Positions 20,368-29,830 of a stretch of 64,000 nt of DNA are shown here, in pieces. The translations under genes were made by a program, and so were the position numbers. The notes under the pieces were generated by a model. The model did not search any database. It was not told the DNA's origin and was given only the letters and a program-made list of their open reading frames with translations. The stretch covers positions 3,136,001 through 3,200,000 of the forward strand of contig CBDCKW010000009.1 in NCBI GenBank assembly GCA_965218435.1, read 5' to 3'. The first letter of the stretch is position 1; every line of letters begins with the position of its first letter. The DNA is from Truepera sp. GTDB lineage: Bacteria; Deinococcota; Deinococci; Deinococcales; Trueperaceae.

Positions 20368-21279
20368 CTAGAGTGAGGCAAAGGTGTCACACTGACTCGG
20401 GTTCCCACTCTTAAACCCACGCGAAAACCAGTTGACCCGCTGCTCGGACGAGCCGTGCGTAAACGCTTCGGGGTTGACGCGGCCTGTCGCCTGACGTTGC
20501 AACCGGTCGTCACCGATGGCGGCGGCGGCAGTGATGCCCTCTTCAAAATCTGCTTGAGAAATAGCGTAAAGCTGATCATTTTGATTTACCTTAGCCTGCG
20601 TCTGCTCGCCGCCCCAGATTCCGGCGTAGCAGTCCGCTTGCAGTTCTAAAGCGACCGACAAACGGTTCGCCTGTCTCGGATTGGCTTGCTGCTGTTGCCG
20701 CACCTCATCTGAAGTGCCGAGCAAGTTTTGCACGTGATGCCCCAGTTCGTGCGCGATCACATACGCTTGGGCAAAGTCGCCCGACGCGCCGTAACGGTTT
20801 TTGAGGTCGTTAAAAAAGGCAAAGTTGAGATAGATGGTGTCGTCGAGCGGACAGTAAAAAGGGCCGGCTGAGGCGGGTATATTGCCACACGCTGAAGGGA
20901 CGAGGCCGCTCTCGAGCGACAGCCGCGCCTCTTGATACGCAATGTTGTTCTCCCGGAAGATAGCCGCCCACGTCGCCTGAGAATCGTCTAAGACTGCCGA
21001 GACAAAACTGACCATCTGCCGGTCAGCTGGACTTCCTGCACTTTGAGGTTGGTTTTGTGACTGGTTTTGTGTCTGTGTCGTCCCGCCTTGAAGCGGTGAC
21101 TGGATGCCCAAAAGACCAAAAAGGTCAACGCCGGAAACGAGGCTCAGCACTAGCACGATCAAAAACCCGCCGACGCCTAAAGACGCCATGCCGCCGACCC
21201 CGCGGCCCCCGGTTCCACCACTTCTGCGCCCCCGGTTGTCAGAAACGTTACGGCTTTGCCCTCTATCTTCCCATTTCAT
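20368..21279 (-). CDS. Neutral zinc metallopeptidase (YpfJ-like)
   Basis: GPFYCP, AHELGHHVQ, ELQADCYAG, FTHGSSEQR. Confidence 0.92.
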   Translation of the reverse strand: MKWEDRGQSRNVSDNRGRRSGGTGGRGVGGMASLGVGGFLIVLVLSLVSGVDLFGLLGIQSPLQGGTTQTQNQSQNQPQSAGSPADRQMVSFVSAVLDDSQATWAAIFRENNIAYQEARLSLESGLVPSACGNIPASAGPFYCPLDDTIYLNFAFFNDLKNRYGASGDFAQAYVIAHELGHHVQNLLGTSDEVRQQQQANPRQANRLSVALELQADCYAGIWGGEQTQAKVNQNDQLYAISQADFEEGITAAAAIGDDRLQRQATGRVNPEAFTHGSSEQRVNWFSRGFKSGNPSQCDTFASL

Positions 21280-21375
21280 TATGTCATCCCCTACGTGTAC
21301 CCCTGGATTTTATGCTCGGAAGCTACCGCTTAAAAGATTGTACGTCAAAGCTTACGGCTTAACCTACCAAAAGCT

Positions 21376-21882
21376 TTACTTCAGCTCGGCCCGTAAGACC
21401 TTTGCGGTGACCAAAAGCTGCCCGACGTGCCGGGTCGTGTGCTCAGCGGCGTGAACAAGTAGCCCGATTACGGTTGAGGGGAGCCCGGCGCGGCCTACGG
21501 CCCTCGGTTCTGTCAGAGTCGTGACGTCTAACCCACGCAACTCGCGTAACGCTTCATCCACTTGGTTTTCGAATGTGGCCACAAGTTCAGAGGCGTGTGC
21601 AGGTCCCTGACCTTCATGGGCAAGCGCCGCTAGTTGGGCTGCGCTTAAGGGCTTACTACGCGCGTAGGTCAGCGTTCGGTCAAGCACCCCGCTCAGGTGC
21701 TGCAGATGAAACCCAACCGATGCAACGCCTGCTGGACGCTCCCATAACAGCGCCTCAGGAAAGCCGTCCAAGAGCGTGACGACCTCTTCTTTAGCCTGTA
21801 GCAGCGCGTGGGCGACAGGTTGCACCAGCACCGGTATATCCGGCAGGGGGCCACGCAGCCAGACCTCGAGGGGTTCAGCCAT
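21376..21882 (-). CDS. DinB family protein
   Basis: SVGFHLQHL and HAAEHTTRHVGQ His triad pattern. Confidence 0.88.
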   Translation of the reverse strand: MAEPLEVWLRGPLPDIPVLVQPVAHALLQAKEEVVTLLDGFPEALLWERPAGVASVGFHLQHLSGVLDRTLTYARSKPLSAAQLAALAHEGQGPAHASELVATFENQVDEALRELRGLDVTTLTEPRAVGRAGLPSTVIGLLVHAAEHTTRHVGQLLVTAKVLRAELK

Positions 21883-21975
21883 AACCGTTTCCCAGCCGGA
21901 CCGGAGTTACAAACAGCTGAGCCATAAGCGAAAGTCTAGCAGACCACGCGGTACAAACGTTTGTCTGACCAACCC

Positions 21976-22005
21976 TTGACATAACCCAAAAGGGCACGTT
22001 AAGCT
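21976..22005 (+). promoter_or_regulatory. Sigma70-type promoter of the tRNA
   Basis: TTGACA-18 nt-TAAGCT just upstream of the tRNA. Confidence 0.65.
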
Positions 22006-22019
22006 TAACTTTGCTGCGC

Positions 22020-22096
<77 letters not shown>

Positions 22097-22193
22097 AATA
22101 CAAATTCCGTCTTAGACGGTACAAATGAGACCGCGTAAAGCCTAAAAGCTGAGCGCGGTTTTTCGTTTAGTGTGCCAAGAGGTTTGTAAGCCC

Positions 22194-22373
22194 TTAAGTT
22201 GCTGGTTTGAAAGCTCCGTTTTTGAAAGCCCGGGAGCTGTAGAGCAGCGCGTCTAACTTGGCCGCTGCCTCCTGCTGCATGTTGGGTAAGACGTGGCGGT
22301 AGGTGTCTAGGGTGATCGCAACCGTGGCGTGCCCCAGACGCTCGCTTACAACTTTAGGATGCACGCCTTCTCT
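22194..22373 (-). pseudogene. C-terminal remnant of a tyrosine integrase
   Basis: Manual translation REGVHPKVVSERLGHATVAITLDTYRHVLPNMQQEAAAKLD* shows box II LGH and the catalytic Tyr; the rest of the gene is absent. Confidence 0.9.
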
Positions 22374-22463
22374 AATTTTTACACCTGCACATGCTAAAAT
22401 CGCAGTGATTGAGGTTGGTTATAAGTCTAAAGTCTAAACCCCAAATTAAGTGATAGCTCCATT

Positions 22464-22868
22464 TCAGCCTTGACCTCCTGTCTCGTTGTCTTTATCCCAA
22501 GCCGCACCAATTTTATCAATTTCGCTCATGTGGGATTCGGCCCAGTTACGCAACTGCGAAAGTAGCTGTTCCAGTGATCGGCCAAGACTTGTGAGCGCGT
22601 AATAAACGCGAGGCGGACTGGCGGGTTCTATACGACGAGTAAGTAGGCCATCACGCTCCAGTGAACGCAGCGTTTGGGCAAGCATCTTTTTCGATATGCC
22701 TGGCACACGTCGGCCCAACTCAGCAAAGCGGACCTCATCGGGGTAGCTTTCTGCAAGTACCTTGACGGCCATAGATATCCATTTTGTGCCAATACGATCG
22801 AGTAGTTTTCTGGTTGGACAGGCTGGGTCAAAAAGGTCACCTCGCCTTTTAGTGGATAATGGGGTCAC
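22464..22868 (-). CDS. HxlR family transcriptional regulator
   Basis: CPTRKLLDRIGTKW, GISKKMLAQTLRSLERDGL, PPRVYYALT. Confidence 0.92.
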   Translation of the reverse strand: MTPLSTKRRGDLFDPACPTRKLLDRIGTKWISMAVKVLAESYPDEVRFAELGRRVPGISKKMLAQTLRSLERDGLLTRRIEPASPPRVYYALTSLGRSLEQLLSQLRNWAESHMSEIDKIGAAWDKDNETGGQG

Positions 22869-22936
22869 CCGAAGGTAACCTGGTTTCGCCGAAGTGCCGT
22901 CTTGACGGTTATTCCTTGCGCTTTTAGGCTTAACTC

Positions 22937-23821
22937 ATGACTAACCATAACCATGATTCTACCGAGAGTAACGGAACCACATACCCTCCTGGGGTTAATG
23001 TCGAGCGCGTCAGCGCTAACGGTATCGACGTCAATGTTGCAGTAGCTGGTCAAGGGACGCCTGTTTTGTTACTTCACGGCTGGCCCCACACCTGGCGTCT
23101 ATGGAGCGACGTTATCCCAAGACTGGCAACGGCTCACCGGGTGATTGCCCCCGACCTGCGGGGCTTAGGAGCTAGTACCCGTACAGTGGACAGTTATGAC
23201 CTTCATACGCTTGCGGATGACGCCTCAGCACTTCTCAACGCGCTTGGTGAACCTCGAGCAGCAATAGTAGGAATCGATGCTGGTGCCCCACCAGCTTTCA
23301 TGCTAGCTATGCGCAAACCCGGACAGGTGCGAAAACTCGTTCTGATGGAGTCGTTGCTTGGCACGCTGCCCGGAGCAGAGAGCTTTTTAGCCGGTGGGCC
23401 TCCCTGGTGGTTTGGCTTTCACGCTGTTCCCAACCTAGCTGAGACGGTGCTCGTAGGACACGAACGTGAGTACATCAAATGGTTTCTAACGAGTGGGACA
23501 GCAGCCGGAAATAACGTGAGGGACGACATCACTGAGGCGTTCATTGCTGCCTACCAAGGCCGAGAGGCGTTGCGTTGTAGCTTCGAATACTACCGCGCAG
23601 CCCCTAACAATGCCCGCCAGATCAATGCAGTCGTGGAATCCAGCCGTCTGAAGGTCCCAACGATGGCTATTAGCGGGGGGTTTGTCGGCAAGGCGCTACA
23701 GCAGCAACTCGAGCCCATCGCCGACGATTTAGTCGGTCAAATGGTTCCGAACTGTCGCCATCTCATTCCACTTGAGCAGCCTGAAGCGCTCGTTCATCTC
23801 CTCACGGGGTTTTTGGCCTGA
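22937..23821 (+). CDS. Alpha/beta hydrolase (epoxide hydrolase/dehalogenase-like)
   Basis: LLHGWP, APDLRGLG, GIDAG (Asp nucleophile), HLIPLEQP. Confidence 0.9.
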   Translation: MTNHNHDSTESNGTTYPPGVNVERVSANGIDVNVAVAGQGTPVLLLHGWPHTWRLWSDVIPRLATAHRVIAPDLRGLGASTRTVDSYDLHTLADDASALLNALGEPRAAIVGIDAGAPPAFMLAMRKPGQVRKLVLMESLLGTLPGAESFLAGGPPWWFGFHAVPNLAETVLVGHEREYIKWFLTSGTAAGNNVRDDITEAFIAAYQGREALRCSFEYYRAAPNNARQINAVVESSRLKVPTMAISGGFVGKALQQQLEPIADDLVGQMVPNCRHLIPLEQPEALVHLLTGFLA

Positions 23822-23960
23822 GTAAATATTTGGTTGTAAAAAGGACAGCAAGCTATATAGTTTTGACGTGTAGTTCAGCCTAGTATCGATCAGATGGGCC
23901 GTACCCAAAAAATCCTACGTTGGTGTTAGATTGATCGTAGCTGGTTGGGTGAGCACCGAA

Positions 23961-24110
23961 CCAGGGGATGGCATAACCGAGTGTGGTGTACCGCCGCATC
24001 AGGTTGTACTAAACCTTGAAGCCATCAGCTAAAGCCTGCACGTCGAAGGGTGCGTTGTACTCATGCCTAAAGAGTCGTTGGTACTTCTACGTTCGGTTGA
24101 GGCGTTCTAG
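23961..24110 (-). pseudogene. IS3/IS481-type DDE transposase C-terminal remnant
   Basis: Manual translation LERLNRT*KYQRLFRHEY...FKV*YNLMRRYTTLGYAIPW resembles the integrase-core tail ER-NRT-K...YN--R-H--LGY-TP; two stops. Confidence 0.7.
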
Positions 24111-24405
24111 TAGCGATAAGGTTGCGACCATAGGATGATAAGGAATACGAGCTTACTCAGAAGACTTGAGAGCAAGGATTATAGCTGCTGCCGAGGAAGA
24201 AGAGCTTAGTAAAGAAGAAGTTGCCCGACGCTTAAAGGTAGATAGGGCGATGGTCTACCGCTACCTAGAACGCGCCAAGCAGGGGGACCTCAAAGCCAGA
24301 ACGTCGCCGGGACGTACACGCAAGCTAAGTCCCGAGCAGCTACGAGCACTACGAACGCAACTCGAGCCCCATTATTTACCTTCTCGCATAGCTTCTAGTA
24401 GCTAG
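24111..24405 (+). mobile_element. IS630-family transposase N-terminal (HTH) remnant
   Basis: From ATA at 24145: xRAYSEDLRARII...EVARRLKVDRAMVYRYL...SPGRTRKL; truncated before the DDE domain. Confidence 0.8.
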
Positions 24406-24433
24406 CTACACAAGTTTTGCGACTATTCAGCGG

Positions 24434-25333
24434 CTAGGTCACGACGGGCTGCGGCACCAACTGCGAGATCAAGTGCTGCCCGAGGTCGGCGAAGAACGGC
24501 GGCTCCGCCTTGCGCCAAGCCAGCCCGAAGGTCCATCGTGGCGTCGGCTCAGCTAAAGGCAAAACGACCGTCTCCGGTCCCACCCGCCCCGTGAGCAGAC
24601 CCGACGGCAGCACGGCTACGCCCTCGCCCGCTGCGACGAGTCCACCGAACGCGGCCACGTCCGCTCCTTTGTACACCACTTTTGGGGCCTTGCCGTCCCT
24701 TTGTAAAAACGCCAGCAAAGTGGCGTCGTCTCGTGTACTTAACTTGGGCAGCAGCAAGCGGTTGGCCAGCAGTTCCGAAGGCGACACCTGCTCAGCCGCC
24801 GCCAGCGGGTGGGTCGCGGGCAACAAAACTTTATATACGCCTGTCAGCAAAGCGTAAAAGCCCAGGTCTGTAGACAAGGGCGGCCCCAGCATATAGCCGA
24901 TGTCAAGGCGCTCTTCTACGAGCGCTCGTTCCAGCTCCCCACTGGCAAGTGTCTGGATGTTCACCTGCGTCTCGGGAAAACGCGCCCTGAAGGCACCCAG
25001 CAGCGAGGGCATGGGCGGCACGCTGCCAAACTCCACGAAGTCGAAGCCAACGCGTAACGAATCGTCGGTGATACCGCCCGCCCTTCGTACCCGGCGCACG
25101 CTCGCCTCTGCGTAGCTAAGCAGGTGGGTTGCGTCCGCTACCAGCGCCTCCCCCGCAGGGGTGAGCGTCGCGCCACGCGGCGTCCGCTCGAATAGCGCCA
25201 CCCCGAGTTCTTCTTCCAGCTGGTGAATGCGGTGACTCAGCGCAGGTTGCGATAGGTAAACACGCTCAGCAGCGTGGGTAAAGTTACGCGCTTCGGCGAC
25301 CGCTAGAAAGAGCCGCAGCTGTCTCAGTTCCAT
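24434..25333 (-). CDS. LysR family regulator
   Basis: MELRQLRLFLAVAEARNFTHAAERVYLSQPALSHRIHQLEEELGVALFER. Confidence 0.95.
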   Translation of the reverse strand: MELRQLRLFLAVAEARNFTHAAERVYLSQPALSHRIHQLEEELGVALFERTPRGATLTPAGEALVADATHLLSYAEASVRRVRRAGGITDDSLRVGFDFVEFGSVPPMPSLLGAFRARFPETQVNIQTLASGELERALVEERLDIGYMLGPPLSTDLGFYALLTGVYKVLLPATHPLAAAEQVSPSELLANRLLLPKLSTRDDATLLAFLQRDGKAPKVVYKGADVAAFGGLVAAGEGVAVLPSGLLTGRVGPETVVLPLAEPTPRWTFGLAWRKAEPPFFADLGQHLISQLVPQPVVT

Positions 25334-25474
25334 ACCCCAAGCTACCGCGTTTCACCTAGAACCATTCGTTTTATCTATAGCTCGACGCCAAAGTTCTATT
25401 GGATTTTCGGAACGCTTAGCACGACAATAAAGAGGGTCAAGGACTAAAACCTCGGCTCTAAAAAGGAGTCCAGT

Positions 25475-25903
25475 ATGTCTTACAAACACCTCGCCTACGG
25501 CTTCGCGCAGTCCCTAACCGAACACGACCTCGAGCTTTACGCTTCGCTTTTACACCCGGATTACATCAACCACAACGCGTTTGCCGCGCCGGGTAAGGCG
25601 GGCTCTGTCGATGTCTTCGAGGGCTTTCTCACCGCCTTCCCCGACTACCGGGTCACACTCGAGGATGTTGTTGAAGAGGGTGACACTCTAGTGGGACGCT
25701 TCAAGTACCGGGGCACGTCTACCGAGCCTCTCATGGGCTACCCTCCAACCGGCGAGGTGGTCGAGATGCGCTCCATCGACATCTGGCATATCAAGGACGG
25801 CTTGTTGTTCGAGCACTGGGATGAACTCAACACGCTTGACTTCTTCATTCAGCTTGGCGCGGCGGTGATGTCGTCCCCCAATCAAACAGAGCAGGCGCAG
25901 TAA
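25475..25903 (+). CDS. SnoaL-like ester cyclase
   Basis: AFPDYRVTLEDVVEEGD, GYPPTG, IDIWHIKDG..EHWD; AAGGAG RBS. Confidence 0.88.
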   Translation: MSYKHLAYGFAQSLTEHDLELYASLLHPDYINHNAFAAPGKAGSVDVFEGFLTAFPDYRVTLEDVVEEGDTLVGRFKYRGTSTEPLMGYPPTGEVVEMRSIDIWHIKDGLLFEHWDELNTLDFFIQLGAAVMSSPNQTEQAQ

Positions 25904-26373
25904 TGTTCGGCGTTAGCGAAGCCTTGGTGCTGATCGGTCTGCTCAGCGCGGGGGTCGTGTACGGAACCGATGCGTTCTTCGCCGTGGTAGGCCGTCCGGC
26001 CTTAGCGCAGGTAAAAGACTCGAGCTTAGTAGACGTGATGGGCCACCTTCACAGCTATGCCGACGCGCGAATGCCGATCTTCGGTGTGCTTGGCTTGGGT
26101 TCGGCGGCTGCGCTGGTGTTCATAACAGGATTTGGATCAGCTGCAAGTCGCTGGGCTATCTTAGCGGTTGTCGGACTTGGGGTGCAACTCGGAGCTTATC
26201 TGACCGTCTCGAAGCCGATCAACACGGCGCTCACGGCTGCCGCCAAGCAAAAGGTTACGCCGGTGGACGCACACGCTTTGCAGCGACGATGGGACAGCGT
26301 GATCGTCCTGCGCGCCCTCGGCTGTGCCCTCGGGGTTTCAGGGCTTGCCTTAGCCGCGCTGTCACTGCCTTAA
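25903..26373 (+). CDS. DUF1772/anthrone oxygenase-like membrane protein
   Basis: Four TM segments, PIN..L and RRWD...LR pattern; TAATG coupling. Confidence 0.7.
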   Translation: MFGVSEALVLIGLLSAGVVYGTDAFFAVVGRPALAQVKDSSLVDVMGHLHSYADARMPIFGVLGLGSAAALVFITGFGSAASRWAILAVVGLGVQLGAYLTVSKPINTALTAAAKQKVTPVDAHALQRRWDSVIVLRALGCALGVSGLALAALSLP

Positions 26374-26420
26374 AAGGATTCATGGCTTACCGGGCCAGGG
26401 AGAGTTGTAACTTATCCTGT

Positions 26421-29100
26421 GAGGCCAGCCTAGTGCTCTGCCAGTACTGGGCCGAGCGGCGGCGGCGGCTCTTGGTTGTGTGCCCTGCTTCGATCCGCAA
26501 GCAGTGGAGCCTGGAGCTCGAGGAAAAGTTCAACCTCCCGACGCTCGTGCTAGATGCAGCTGCTTATAAACAGGCGCTACGTGAGGGGAACGCCAACCCG
26601 TTTTTGCAGCATAAGGTCATCATCACCTCATTTAATTTCGCCAGCCGTTTGTAAGCGGAGGTGCGGTCCGCGCCCTGGAACCTCGTGGTGATCGACGAAG
26701 CACACAAGCTGCGTAACGCCTACCGGCCTAGCAACAAGATGGGCCAACGGCTCCACTGGGCTTTGGAGGATAGGCAAAAGCTACTGCTTACAGCGACCCC
26801 GCTGCAAAACTCGCTTCTGGAGCTGTATGGGCTTTCGACGCTGATCGGCGAGCACCTCTTTGGCGACGTAGCCTCGTTTCGGGAGCGTTACATGTGTACC
26901 GGAAGCGATTTGGGTGACTTAAGGGGGCGGCTTAAAGGGTTTTCCAAGCGCACCTTGCGCTAAGACGTGAGCGAGTACATCCGCTACACCGAACGGCGGG
27001 CGTTGACGCGCCCCTTTACCCCAAGCGATGAAGAGCACAGGCTCTACGAAGCGCTCTCAAGCTTTTTGCAGCGTGAGGACACCTTCGCTCTACCTGCACG
27101 GCAGTGGCAGCTCACCACCTTGATTTTGCGTAAGCTGCTGGCGTCTTCGTCACACGCCGTCGCAGGGACGCTCGAGACCATTCTTCAGCGCCTACTCGCG
27201 CTGCGCGAGGCGACCCTTGCCGAGACCGCCACACCCGGCGTGGCGGCGAATAGTCTGGCAGAAGAGCTCATCGCTGAGGAAGAACTCGAGGACGACTACT
27301 TGGACGAAGATGAAACCGACCCAGCAGAAAGCACACCAGAGAATGAAGTCAGGCCGGAGCTTAAAGAGCTCGAGCTGGAAATTGCCGAGGTCAGGCACTA
27401 TTTGACCTGGGCACATAGCATCGGCGTTGACAGCAAGTCCAAGGCACTTCTCAGCGCCCTGACGGTAGGCTTTGACGAACTCGGCAAGGTGGGGGCCAAC
27501 CCGAAAGCCCTTATCTTTACCGAGTCACGGCGCACGCAGACCTACCTCAAAGACTTTTTGGAGGCGAACGGTCACGCGGGCAAAGTCACGCTCTTTAACG
27601 GCAGCAACAGCGGGCCGGAAACAAAGGCGATTTACGACCGCTGGCTCGCTAAAAATTCGGGCACCGGACGCGCCGCCGGTTCACGAGACATAGACAGCCG
27701 CACGGCAATCATCGAGCACTTCCGCGACCACGCCGACATTCTGATTGCAACCGAGGCCGCCGAGGGCGTCAATATGCAGTTCTGCTCGCTGGTGGTTAAC
27801 TACGACCTGCCCTGGAACCCACAGCGTGTCGAGCAGCGCATCGGACGCTGTCACCGTTACGGTCAGCAGCATGACGTGGTGGTGATCAACTTTCTCAATC
27901 AGCGCAACGAGGCAGATCGGCGCGTCTTAGAGCTGTTGACCGAAAAGTTCAATCTCTTTAACGGCGTCTTCGGCGCGTCTGACGAGGTTTTAGGCACTGT
28001 AGAGTCCGGCGTGGACTTTGAGAAACGCATCTTGGAGATTTACCAGGGGTGCCGTACTACGGGTGAAATCGAGGCGGCCTTTAACGCCTTGCAAAAGGAG
28101 ATGGAAACGAGCATCGAGGCTCGGATGCTCTCAACCCGTCAAGCACTTTTGGAGCACTTCGATGAAGACGTTCACGCTCGCCTCAAGGTTCAGCTTGACG
28201 CCGCCAAAGCCCAGCTCGACCGCGTTGGGCAGCTTTTTTGGCGAACGAGCCAGCCGGGTGATGTTGGACGGGCGCGCCCGCTTCGACGACGTCACGCTGA
28301 GCTTCGAGCTGACGGCTCCCCCTGTCCCAGGATTGAAACGTGGCCGCTACGCGCTGATTCGTAAAGGTTTAGAGAACACGTCCAGCGACTTTGTGTACCG
28401 CCTTTCGCATCCGCTTGGCGAGTACGTTCTGGACGCCGCGAAAGCGGTGCCCACGCCTGTTACTCACCTGCATTTCGACATCACCCGCCACCCCACACGC
28501 CTCGCCGCTGTCGAGGCCCTGCGCAGCAGCTCGGGCTGGCTGACGCTGACCCATCTTGCAATTGAGGCGTTGGAGCGCGAAGAGCACCTGCTCTTTAGCG
28601 GCTTTCAGGACGATGGAACGCACTTAGACGGCGAACTGTGCGAACGGCTCTTTCGCTGCGCTGCTACAGTAACGCCCACGTCGCTCACCCAAGAGAGTGT
28701 GCGGGTAAAGCTGACCGGCGACCGTGAGCGGCACGTTCAGGCGGCGCTGAGTCACGCCCTCGAGCAGAGCAACCGCTTTTTTCACGAAGAGCGCGAACGT
28801 TTGGAACGCTGGGCCGACGACATGGTGCTCGGCGCAGAAAAAGAACTCTCCGATACCAAAGCGCAGCTGAGGGCGCTCGGGCGGCAAGCCCGCCTAGCCA
28901 CCACCACCGACGAGCAGCACGCTTTGCAGCTTAGGGTGCGAGAACTCGAAAAACTTCAGCGCCGTCAACGCCAACGTATTTTTGATGTTGAAGACGAGAT
29001 CAAAGACAAACGCGACGCCCTGATTGACGACCTCGAGGCCCGCTTGGTACAGCGCACCGACGTGACGCCGCTTTTTACAATTCGTTGGAGCAGCGTGTAA
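26421..29100 (+). pseudogene. SNF2-family helicase pseudogene
   Basis: CPASIRKQW, DEAH, LTATPLQN, NYDLPWNPQRVEQRIGRCHRYGQ. Walker A is lost by 5' truncation; in-frame TAA at 26652 and 26961; frameshift near 28250. Confidence 0.9.
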
Positions 29101-29162
29101 ACCCTGAACTGTCAAATTGAACACTAGCTGGTGAACTTGGTGCGCCTATGCTAAATTGGCGT

Positions 29163-29408
29163 ATGAAACGCGCGACGATCACCTTTTCCAATGAACTCGA
29201 GGCCAAACTAAGCTCCTACATAGCCGAGCAGAAGACGCCACCCAGCCTCAATACAGTCGTGCAAACGGCGCTCGAGGAGTTTCTCGAGGCGCAGAAGTGG
29301 GCGGCAGTTGAGTTGCAGTCTCCGGTCAAACCGCACCTCGAGCTGCCGACCTCGGACGCCGAAGTAGAACCCGACGTCAGCTTGAACCACGACCTGTACG
29401 CCGAGTAG
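29163..29408 (+). CDS. Ribbon-helix-helix type antitoxin (VapB-like)
   Basis: MKRATITF beta strand plus two helices, acidic tail ending HDLY, directly upstream of a PIN gene. Confidence 0.75.
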   Translation: MKRATITFSNELEAKLSSYIAEQKTPPSLNTVVQTALEEFLEAQKWAAVELQSPVKPHLELPTSDAEVEPDVSLNHDLYAE

Positions 29409-29422
29409 TGGCCGACTCATAG

Positions 29423-29830
29423 ATGCCACGGTTTATTCTCGCCGATACCGGGCCGCTTTACGCCCAGGCGATGCGGCGCGACGGCGAACATGCGCGGGCT
29501 GTACGCGAGTTAGAGGGTTTAGAGGCACAAGGCTACCGTCTGCTGTTGTCGCAACCGATTATCTTAGAAACACACGAACTCCTGCTCAGGCGTAACACGC
29601 CGCGCTACGCCCACGACTACACCGTGGCCCTGACCGAGCGGTTTCACACACTCAACCCGCAGAGCGAAGATTACGGGGCGGGCCTAGACATCATCGGGCG
29701 TTTTGACGACCAACCCCTGTCGTTATTCGACGCGACCCTCGCCGCGCTCGCTACCCGGCTCGCCGCACCCGTATGGACGTTCGACCACCACTTCGACATC
29801 TTAGGCACCCACGTATGGAGACCTTCATGA
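29423..29830 (+). CDS. PIN-domain toxin (VapC-like)
   Basis: ILADTG, ILET, LSLFDA, WTFDHHF acidic PIN residues. Confidence 0.88.
   Translation: MPRFILADTGPLYAQAMRRDGEHARAVRELEGLEAQGYRLLLSQPIILETHELLLRRNTPRYAHDYTVALTERFHTLNPQSEDYGAGLDIIGRFDDQPLSLFDATLAALATRLAAPVWTFDHHFDILGTHVWRPS

Noticed and set aside
24111..26420. Composite IS630 ends bracketing the LysR-SnoaL-DUF1772 module
   Set aside because: The similarity between GATAAGGTTGCGAC and the reverse complement near 26405-26418 is too short and gapped to support.
26652..26963. Stop-codon readthrough or recoding in the helicase
   Set aside because: TAA is a normal stop throughout the window, and the gene also has a truncation and a frameshift, so decay is the simpler explanation.
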